A stretch of 64,000 nt of DNA from Clostridia bacterium (GTDB taxonomy: Bacteria; Bacillota; Clostridia; Christensenellales; CAG-138). The position numbers and the translations under genes are program-made. The stretch spans positions 40,511 through 104,510 of the forward strand of contig JAGACA010000010.1 of NCBI GenBank assembly GCA_017614315.1, written 5' to 3'. Under the pieces are notes generated by a model, which was not told the DNA's origin, did not search any database, and saw only the letters and a program-made list of their open reading frames with translations. The first letter of the stretch is position 1; every line of letters begins with the position of its first letter. This document shows, piece by piece, positions 38,466 to 45,461 of this stretch.

Positions 38466-38510
38466 AAACAATAATGATCCCCCGGCTATTTCGGGGGATC
38501 ATTATTGTTT
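38466..38510. terminator. bidirectional terminator
   Basis: AAACAATAATGATCCCCC-9 nt-GGGGGATCATTATTGTTT, a perfect 18-bp stem between convergent genes. Confidence 0.8.
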
Positions 38511-38517
38511 CACAGCA

Positions 38518-38862
38518 TTATTCGGTCTGCTCCGATCCTTCTGTATCGGCGGCAGACATTCCGATCACACGATCGATCGGGAGCGAGAAAGTTAGCCCCA
38601 TGCCCTTTTTCGAAAGGCCTGCGCTTTGCGCTACCGCCTCCATTATAGCGTTGCGGGAAGCGTGCTCTGCGATTATCATGACCATTTCTTTCTCGGGCTC
38701 GACGACAGTGCCGAAGAACTTCTTGTATTCGTTCGTGCCTGTGCCGCGGGCGTTCACGAGCGTTCCGCCGTATGCCCCCGCCTTCCTGGCCGCGGTCATT
38801 ACGTCGTCGGACGAGCCCTTGTTCACCACTGTGATAATAAGATCGTATTCCCCGGCTTTCAT
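38518..38862 (-). CDS. P-II-like signal transduction protein (second of two)
   Basis: 114 aa with the beta-alpha-beta x2 pattern DLIITVVNKG...VMTAARKAGAYGGTLVNARGTG...KEMVMIIAE...AIMEAV...GLTFSLPIDRV. Confidence 0.68.
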   Translation of the reverse strand: MKAGEYDLIITVVNKGSSDDVMTAARKAGAYGGTLVNARGTGTNEYKKFFGTVVEPEKEMVMIIAEHASRNAIMEAVAQSAGLSKKGMGLTFSLPIDRVIGMSAADTEGSEQTE

Positions 38863-38870
38863 GTTATTTT

Positions 38871-39242
38871 CTACCGTCCTTTCCGACTGTCCTTTTCTTC
38901 TTGCCGCTCTTTTTTGTTTCCCGAGAAAAGCTCGTATGACGCGAACTGTCCGGCCAATGCCGAGAACGGTATGCTGAATGCGATCCCGTTCCCGCCCTTG
39001 TCGAGCTTCATCTCGTCTGCAAGCATATCGAGAAGCTCGTCTGCGCGGCTTTTTTTGACGGACAGGAATACGATATCCTTCTCCGTCCTCTCAAGGCCGA
39101 GGAGCCTGAGCATCTCGTCCGGAGCAGTTCCCTCGCCGTGTATGATCAGGTTGAACGCCGCACCGAGATCCGCGCCGAGCCGTAAAAGCTCGTCTCCCCT
39201 TCCCCTGTCGACTATGAAAACAAGCAGTTCTATTCCTTCCAT
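38871..39242 (-). CDS. P-II-like protein (first of two, more divergent)
   Basis: 123 aa, LLVFIVDRGRGDELLRLGADLGAAFNLIIHGEGT...DIVFLSVKK...ELLDML...GIAFSIPFSAL. 3 nt after the DUF1538 stop codon. Confidence 0.6.
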   Translation of the reverse strand: MEGIELLVFIVDRGRGDELLRLGADLGAAFNLIIHGEGTAPDEMLRLLGLERTEKDIVFLSVKKSRADELLDMLADEMKLDKGGNGIAFSIPFSALAGQFASYELFSGNKKERQEEKDSRKGR

Positions 39243-39245
39243 TAT

Positions 39246-40790
39246 CTATCCTTTCGAATCGAACTCGATGATGGTAATGCGGTCGTCGTTCGTCCTGAGC
39301 ATTCCGCGCAGGCCGCCCAGCTTGAGCTTATAGACAAGGCCGGAAGTCTGGATCGTGATTATCGGCATTATAACGACGAGCGCTATCATTCCGAAAGCGT
39401 CCATGGCGACGTCCGCACCGCTTCCGAAAAGCGCGCTGCAGACGCCCTTGGCGTACGGGAGCATGAACGCGACGGTCATCGCGCCTGACACGGCGCCGCC
39501 TGAGTCGAATGCGACAGACGTGAACACCTTCGGAACTATAAAGGACAAAAGGAGCGATACGGCAAAGCCGCCTATAAGAAACCAGATCAGCGGCAAGCCG
39601 AGTATGATCCTTATCATCGATAATCCTACCGCGGCCGTGACGCCGATCGTAAGCATCGTGAACATCGCCCTTTTCGAAATCGCGCCGATCGTGAGATCCT
39701 CGACCTGTTCGACGAGGACGTGTATAGCGGGCTCGGTCCTTACGATGAGCGCGCTTAGCAGCATGCCTACCGGGATCAAAAGAAGATGGAGCCCGTTCGG
39801 CAAAGATGCTGTGAGCTCGCCGAGATACGTGCCGGCGGGAAGAAACCCCGCAAATATCCCCGTAAGAAGGCACGTGTGTCCGAGGAACGCGAATACGACG
39901 CCCAAGCCGATCCTTATAAGCCTCGGAGCAGAAAGCCGTAAGAACGCGAAATTGAATATGATGAACAAAACCGTGATTGGAGCGAGCGCAAAAGCGACCT
40001 CTTCGACTATGACCGGAAATTCTTCAATAAAACCTGTGAATACGGACACGCCTTCGATATGGAGCGTCTCCGGGATCTCAACGGCTTGATGAGCAGACTT
40101 TTCGATAAGTCCGAGGATAAGGAGAGCGATTATCGGACCCGCCATGCACACAGCCACAGAGCCGAAGCTGTCCTCCGCGGAACGGCTGCCGCCGCGTGCC
40201 GCTGCGAGACCAACGCCGACGGAGATTATGAACGAGACAGTGACCGGCCCGGTAGCGACGCCGCCCGAATCGAATGCTACGGGTACGGCGCTTTTAGGCG
40301 CAAAAAAGCTGACGGCGAATATGACGGCGTAAAGCACGGTAAGCGTTATCGGGAGAGGTAGGCGTTTGATGATCCTCAAAACGCTCAATACAAGGAATAC
40401 GCCTGCGCCGAGAGCGACGGTCAATATGATCGTCCTGTTTTCGATCCCCGGAAAAAGCGATGCGAAAACGCTGAGGTTCGGCTCTGCGACCGTGACAAGA
40501 GCGCCTAGAAAAAACGCGCATACGATAAGCAGGCTGTACTTGTTGGACTTGGCAAGGTGCGTTCCGATCCTGTTGCCCATGTATATAAGAGCCAGATCCT
40601 CGCCTATCGCGAGGAACCATACGCCTAAAAGAAGGAGAACCGCGCCTAAGCCGAATTTGGCGAGCATTTTCCAAGGCATGGGATCGGCGGAAACAAGATG
40701 AAACACGAATACGAGCGCGGCAACCGCAACGGTGAGCGGCAGTACGCTTCTGAGCGCCTCGTGAAATTTTTTCTTAAGGATGTGTTTCAA
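39246..40790 (-). CDS. DUF1538 family polytopic membrane protein (internally duplicated)
   Basis: 514 aa and at least 10 TM helices. The two halves share motifs (TVAEPNLSV / RTEPAIHVL; AFDSGGVATGPVTV / AFDSGGAVSGAMTV), as I recall for DUF1538. Confidence 0.72.
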   Translation of the reverse strand: MKHILKKKFHEALRSVLPLTVAVAALVFVFHLVSADPMPWKMLAKFGLGAVLLLLGVWFLAIGEDLALIYMGNRIGTHLAKSNKYSLLIVCAFFLGALVTVAEPNLSVFASLFPGIENRTIILTVALGAGVFLVLSVLRIIKRLPLPITLTVLYAVIFAVSFFAPKSAVPVAFDSGGVATGPVTVSFIISVGVGLAAARGGSRSAEDSFGSVAVCMAGPIIALLILGLIEKSAHQAVEIPETLHIEGVSVFTGFIEEFPVIVEEVAFALAPITVLFIIFNFAFLRLSAPRLIRIGLGVVFAFLGHTCLLTGIFAGFLPAGTYLGELTASLPNGLHLLLIPVGMLLSALIVRTEPAIHVLVEQVEDLTIGAISKRAMFTMLTIGVTAAVGLSMIRIILGLPLIWFLIGGFAVSLLLSFIVPKVFTSVAFDSGGAVSGAMTVAFMLPYAKGVCSALFGSGADVAMDAFGMIALVVIMPIITIQTSGLVYKLKLGGLRGMLRTNDDRITIIEFDSKG

Positions 40791-40913
40791 GCTCTAATCT
40801 CCCGATTTCTTTGAGTATAATTATAACAGACGAGCACGATAATCTCAATGAAAAATACGCCGCATAGAAAAAGATTATATATGAAAAACCGTGCTATTCG
40901 ATGTTTTTCTCAC

Positions 40914-40942
40914 TTGCAAAACGGGTTTCGATGATGTATAAT
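40914..40942 (+). promoter_or_regulatory. sigma-A promoter for tRNA-Val
   Basis: TTGCAA-17 nt-TATAAT, ending 12 nt before the tRNA 5' end. Confidence 0.6.
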
Positions 40943-40954
40943 AGCATTCGCCGT

Positions 40955-41031
40955 GGGGATGTAGCTCAGTTGGTCAGAGCGCTGTGTTCACATCGCAGAG
41001 GTCTTGGGTTCGAGCCCCAACATCCCTACCA
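40955..41031 (+). tRNA. tRNA-Val (anticodon CAC), CCA encoded
   Basis: Hand-folded cloverleaf. Acceptor GGGGATG/CATCCCT, D arm GCTC-AGTTGGTCA-GAGC, anticodon arm CTGTG-TTCACAT-CGCAG, variable loop AGGTC, T arm TTGGG-TTCGAGC-CCCAA, then ACCA. Confidence 0.9.
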
Positions 41032-41066
41032 AACAAAACAGGGCCGGATCGGCCCTGTTTTGTTCG
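41032..41066 (+). terminator. rho-independent terminator after tRNA-Val
   Basis: AACAAAACAGGGCCG-gat-CGGCCCTGTTTTGTT, a perfect 15-bp stem with a T-rich 3' arm. Confidence 0.75.
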
Positions 41067-41195
41067 GCAGAAATGTTTTTATGGGGCTCGAAGGGCATCG
41101 CCCCGGGTTTTTCGTCAAAGGCCGAATGCGAGCTGTCGAGCGAGCATGAGAGCCGATTTGCGAAAAACGAGCTCCGACATCCCGTTTATTATCCA

Positions 41196-41224
41196 TTGCA
41201 TTCCTCTCCCCCATCGTGTATTAT
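41196..41224 (+). promoter_or_regulatory. sigma-A-like promoter for the methyltransferase-HTH-PAP2 string
   Basis: TTGCAT-17 nt-TATTAT, 39 nt upstream of the ATG at 41264. Confidence 0.45.
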
Positions 41225-41263
41225 ATTACATGCATACAACCCGATCCGTCTACGGAGGCTACG

Positions 41264-42052
41264 ATGAGTTTTCTAGAAGACTATTACAACAATTACAATG
41301 AGGATGGCCGTCTTCTGTCCCGTCACGGGCAGGTAGAATACCTTACTACAATGAAATACATTAACGAGTGCCTGTCCGGCATCGCTCATCCCGACATTCT
41401 CGAGATCGGTGCGGGCACCGGAAGATACAGCGTAACGCTCGCCAAGGAGGGCTATTTCGTAACCGCCGTCGAGCTTATCCCCCATAATCTTGACGTCCTT
41501 AAGTCCAAGCTCGACGGTACGGAGCGCATCAAGGCCATTCAGGGAAACGCGCTCGATCTTTCTTTTCTCGCTAACGACGCGTTCGATCTTACCATGCTTC
41601 TCGGCCCGATGTACCACCTTTATACGCGCGAGGATAAGGTAAGGGCGCTTTCCGAGGCCGTCCGTGTCACGAAGCCCGGCGGGTATGTGCTCGTCGCTTA
41701 CTGCATGAACGAAGCGACGATCGTTCAGTACGTATTCGGTTCCGATCATCTTGACGAGGTTACGGAGTTTAACATGCTTACGCCGGATTGGCACTGTATT
41801 TCGGAGCCTCGGGATCTTTTCGAGATGGTAAGAACGGAGGAGATCGCGTCTCTCGACGCCGAGTTTCCCGTCGACAGGATAAAGCTCGTCGCTGCCGACG
41901 GCGCCACGAATTATATGCGCGAGCGTATCGACGCAATGGACGAAAAGACGTTTGCGAAGTGGGTCGAATACCATTTTTCGGTCTGCGAGCGGCAGGATCT
42001 GGTCGGCGCCTCTCATCATACGCTCGATATTTTAAGAAAAAGGAATCGATGA
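41264..42052 (+). CDS. class I SAM-dependent methyltransferase
   Basis: SAM motif I ILEIGAGTGRYS with post-I acidic VTAVEL. Start moved to the ATG at 41264 (GGAGG RBS). Confidence 0.8.
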   Translation: MSFLEDYYNNYNEDGRLLSRHGQVEYLTTMKYINECLSGIAHPDILEIGAGTGRYSVTLAKEGYFVTAVELIPHNLDVLKSKLDGTERIKAIQGNALDLSFLANDAFDLTMLLGPMYHLYTREDKVRALSEAVRVTKPGGYVLVAYCMNEATIVQYVFGSDHLDEVTEFNMLTPDWHCISEPRDLFEMVRTEEIASLDAEFPVDRIKLVAADGATNYMRERIDAMDEKTFAKWVEYHFSVCERQDLVGASHHTLDILRKRNR

Positions 42053-42055
42053 AAG

Positions 42056-42661
42056 ATGGACTTCGGCTCAAAGCTTGCAAACTTAAGAAAGATGAAAGGG
42101 CTTACGCAGGAGGAGCTTGCCGGGATGCTCTTCGTTTCGCGCACGGCCGTATCGAAATGGGAATCCGGGCGCGGCTTTCCGAGCATAGACTCGCTTAAGT
42201 CGATCTCGAAGGTATTCTCCGTTTCGATAGACGGTCTTTTATCCGCCGACGAGATAGTATCCATCGCCGAGGACGACAGCCGCCGAAAGACCACGCGTAT
42301 ACGCGGTCTTGTATTCGGATCGCTCGACGTGAGCATGGCGCTTTTGATATTCCTGCCCTTTTTCCGCATGAAGGAGGACGACGTTATACGCGCGGTCTCG
42401 CTCGTATCGCTCGGCGGCGCGCCTCAATACCTTAAGGCAGCGTACTGCGTAGCCGTGTTCTTTACGGTGATCTGGGGATTATTCGAGTTTACGACGCAGA
42501 ATTCCACGAATAAGATACTCGTTCGCGTCAAGGATGCGGTCTCGGTATTCTCCGGAGCCGTAACCGTGATCCTGTTCATACTCAGCCTGCAGCCATATGC
42601 CGCGGTGTTGGCGTTCGTTTTCCTGTTCATCAAGGTGATGATGCTCATCAAAAGATCATGA
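42056..42661 (+). CDS. XRE-family helix-turn-helix protein fused to a 4-TM membrane domain
   Basis: LANLRKMKGLTQEELAGMLFVSRTAVSKWESGRGFPS (HTH_3) followed by hydrophobic helices. Confidence 0.75.
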   Translation: MDFGSKLANLRKMKGLTQEELAGMLFVSRTAVSKWESGRGFPSIDSLKSISKVFSVSIDGLLSADEIVSIAEDDSRRKTTRIRGLVFGSLDVSMALLIFLPFFRMKEDDVIRAVSLVSLGGAPQYLKAAYCVAVFFTVIWGLFEFTTQNSTNKILVRVKDAVSVFSGAVTVILFILSLQPYAAVLAFVFLFIKVMMLIKRS

Positions 42662-42754
42662 CACGGGAAGTATCGCGTCCGTGACGCTCCGATCCTTTCC
42701 TTTTTCCGTCCGATGGATGATAATCTTGTCAGATACCCGAAAGGACGGAAGAAA

Positions 42755-43405
42755 ATGAAAAAGAAAAACATAATTTGCTTCTCTACCGCGATCGCGTTTC
42801 TGATCCTGTTTGTACTGTGGACAGCCGCGGTCGCTTTTATCAGCGTCGAGCCGATAGGACCGAACGGTTCCGGCGTGGGTCTTGCCGCGATGAACGGCGC
42901 TTTTCACAAGCTGACGGGCGTTCATATGACGCTTTACGAGATCACTGACTGGATGGGACTTTTCCCCATATCGGTCATGTTGGGCTTCTTTATTACGGGA
43001 CTTGTTCAGCTTATAAAACGAAAAAGCTTTATGAAGGTCGATCCGAGCCTTTATGTGCTCGGGGAAACGTATCTTTTGCTGTTCGCGGTATATATGCTCT
43101 TTGAAAGAGTAGTGATCAATTATCGGCCTGTTCTGATCGACGGGCGTCTCGAAGCGTCATATCCTTCGTCGACGACTCTGCTCGTTATGACCGTGATCCC
43201 GACCGCGATGATCGAGCTTCGCCGCAGAATAAAAAACAACGCGGCAAGGATGATCGCAAACGGGTCTCTTGCCGTGTTTCTCATATTAACCGCAGTCGGG
43301 AGGACGCTGTCGGGCGTGCATTGGCTGACCGATATTTTAGGCGGTCTTATATTGAGCGCGTGGCTCGTCATGCTTTATTATTCGATATGCAGATCGTTCG
43401 ACTGA
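42755..43405 (+). CDS. PAP2 superfamily membrane phosphatase
   Basis: PAP2 C2/C3-like motifs (YPSSTT...; SGVHWLTDILGG) in a polytopic protein. Start chosen at MKKKN (42755). Confidence 0.68.
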   Translation: MKKKNIICFSTAIAFLILFVLWTAAVAFISVEPIGPNGSGVGLAAMNGAFHKLTGVHMTLYEITDWMGLFPISVMLGFFITGLVQLIKRKSFMKVDPSLYVLGETYLLLFAVYMLFERVVINYRPVLIDGRLEASYPSSTTLLVMTVIPTAMIELRRRIKNNAARMIANGSLAVFLILTAVGRTLSGVHWLTDILGGLILSAWLVMLYYSICRSFD

Positions 43406-45342
43406 GCTGTCGGGATGATGCCCAAAGCTATGCGCAGAGCTATCAACGCGTCGGCGGCAGTCAATTCGCCGTCGCCGTCAAGATCGCCGTCGAACCAGTC
43501 GGGGCATTCTATAATATCCAACGCTATGCGCAGTATTACGAGTGCGTCCGACGCGGAGATCGCGCCGTCGCAGTCGAAGTCGCCGGGCAGGAGCTCATAC
43601 GTGCCGCTGAAGAAAACGTTGTCAACGTATCCGCGATCCTCTCCGCCGTCCGCCATCCTGTCCTTTTGATAGCGCCACTCAAAAGCATACTGTCCGTCGG
43701 ACGCCGCGATGTAAACCACCTCCGACCAATCCTTTATGCCGGATATCGTATTGCCGTACAGTTCGCCGTTCACGAAAAAGCCGAGTTTGTCGCCCGGTTC
43801 GCTCGACACCTTCCAGTCAAATGAGAGCGTGTCGCCCGCTTGCATATCGAGCGTTAGCGAAAGGGACGAAGCGGAATTGCGTACGCCGAAATTGCCAGAT
43901 GCTGCCGCTGTACGTCCGTCCGTAAGAAGAGACGTCCATGGGTGCTCGCCTCCGGTCGTGAACGGCAGCCTTGCCCCCGGTACGTTGAGAGCGGTCAGAA
44001 GATCGGGCGTGGCGCGTACGGAAACCTCGCAGTATTCCGTTCCGACGGTGTCCCCATCTGGGTCGCGGATCTCGCATACTATCCTCGTTTTTCCCGGAGA
44101 GACGGCGGTGACGAGCGCTCCCCTGTCGTTGCCGGAGACGGCGGCGACTTCATCGTTCCCGCTTGACCAGACGAGGCTGAATGCGTTCGCGTCGGCGGGT
44201 TCGGAAACGAACAGCAGCTTGAGCTCTTCTCCCGGATCGAGCTTTGCGTCCGTCTCGCTCAAGGACCAGCCTGCAATGGCGGTCTCGGTCTTTTTAAGCG
44301 TCCACCCGCAGTTTACCGTCTGATGGCTGTCCGGATCTTGGGGAAACGCGTCGACGGGGCTCATCACGACAGGCCATGCATGAGGCGACGAGAACGGATC
44401 GTATTCCCCCGCCTCCGCGGTCATTTGGGAGAATGCCTCAGCGACGGTCGAACCAGTCTTAATGCTGTTCCAGAAATGTTCTTCAAAGACGTAATCGCCC
44501 GCAAAAGACACGTCCTGCGAGTATCCGTATACGCCGGAAGCCCCGGCGCTTAAGAGAGCATAGCCGGTCACGCCGTTTCCAAGGGCGTGCATCCCGCTGC
44601 AGAAGCTCATCCAAATAAAGCAGTCGTCAAGAGGGTACGGGGCATGATTCAGAATGTATCTTCCGTCGATGTATGCCGAGGCTCCCGCGCTGACAGCCCA
44701 GCCGTTCATGTAATCGTCCGCGGTTATCCCTTCGGCAGTGATCAGGCAGAGGTACGTCGAATCGCCCGACTGAACGCCGTGGCTGTCAAAGAAAACGACG
44801 CGCGCTTCTGCGCAGGCGCCGGCGATCGCGGGTCCGGAGGCGTCTGCCCCCGAAATAACGCGCGTATGGCCTTCTGCGGTCTCCGCGACGGACTCGGCCT
44901 CGTTTACATACCTGTCTGTAAAACTCGCGTCCTGCCCGTAATACGGGCCCACGAGCAGTATCTCTGGACCGAGGTCTTTTTTGTTCTCGTATGAAAACGC
45001 GCGATCGGCTTTTTCGTAGTTTCTCGCGTCATAATCATAAGCGCAGTACAGGCCTTCGACCTTGAAGAAAAAGCTCTTCGAAGTAACACTTGAAAGACTT
45101 CCCGTATCGGCGAAGCCCGAAGCGGCGGCGGCTCTCATGACAGAAAGCGTTACGGCGCTTTTGTCCATGCCTGCCGTTACCGCAGCGAACTCGACAGCGT
45201 CAAGATACGTCCACGCTTCGTCGAGCCGCCGAAGCAGCCTGCGCTCGCGGAAAACGGATCCCTCCGCAAACGAGCAGACGGGAAAAAGCGCGGCGAAAAA
45301 AAGCGCTGCGATTAAAAGCGATATTATCCTCTTGACTGTCAC
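43378..45342 (-). CDS. secreted dockerin-containing protein with clan-CD-like (gingipain/clostripain-fold) putative cysteine peptidase domain, Big_2 and beta-sandwich domains (paralogue B)
   Basis: Signal peptide (GTG start at 45342, G-rich RBS), His-Gly (VVFFDSHG) and Cys (WMSFCSG) dyad context, Big_2-like segment (LVWSSGNDEVAAVS...TAVSPGKTRIVCEI). C-terminal duplicated dockerin Ca-binding repeats (GDFDCDGAISASDALVILR / GDLDGDGELTAADALIALR). Confidence 0.7.
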   Translation of the reverse strand: MTVKRIISLLIAALFFAALFPVCSFAEGSVFRERRLLRRLDEAWTYLDAVEFAAVTAGMDKSAVTLSVMRAAAASGFADTGSLSSVTSKSFFFKVEGLYCAYDYDARNYEKADRAFSYENKKDLGPEILLVGPYYGQDASFTDRYVNEAESVAETAEGHTRVISGADASGPAIAGACAEARVVFFDSHGVQSGDSTYLCLITAEGITADDYMNGWAVSAGASAYIDGRYILNHAPYPLDDCFIWMSFCSGMHALGNGVTGYALLSAGASGVYGYSQDVSFAGDYVFEEHFWNSIKTGSTVAEAFSQMTAEAGEYDPFSSPHAWPVVMSPVDAFPQDPDSHQTVNCGWTLKKTETAIAGWSLSETDAKLDPGEELKLLFVSEPADANAFSLVWSSGNDEVAAVSGNDRGALVTAVSPGKTRIVCEIRDPDGDTVGTEYCEVSVRATPDLLTALNVPGARLPFTTGGEHPWTSLLTDGRTAAASGNFGVRNSASSLSLTLDMQAGDTLSFDWKVSSEPGDKLGFFVNGELYGNTISGIKDWSEVVYIAASDGQYAFEWRYQKDRMADGGEDRGYVDNVFFSGTYELLPGDFDCDGAISASDALVILRIALDIIECPDWFDGDLDGDGELTAADALIALRIALGIIPTAQSNDLHIE

Positions 45343-45418
45343 TTGCCTTTCCCCCCCCTTTCTGTTCGTTCCGTATAATTCTATCACAACCACGCAGAAT
45401 TGTCATCAGTTTTGGGAT

Positions 45419-45446
45419 ACAAAAAGGCGGGCTGAACGCCCGCCTT
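45419..45446 (-). terminator. rho-independent terminator between the two dockerin paralogues
   Basis: AAGGCGGGC-tgaac-GCCCGCCTT. The reverse strand is followed by TTTTTG. Confidence 0.7.
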
Positions 45447-45461
45447 TGATCTATGAGATCG

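Noticed and set aside
40955-43405. Possible integrated element or genomic island at tRNA-Val
   Set aside because: I saw no integrase, recombinase or phage gene and no direct repeat of the tRNA 3' end downstream. The tRNA has its own promoter and terminator, and the following genes have an ordinary promoter.
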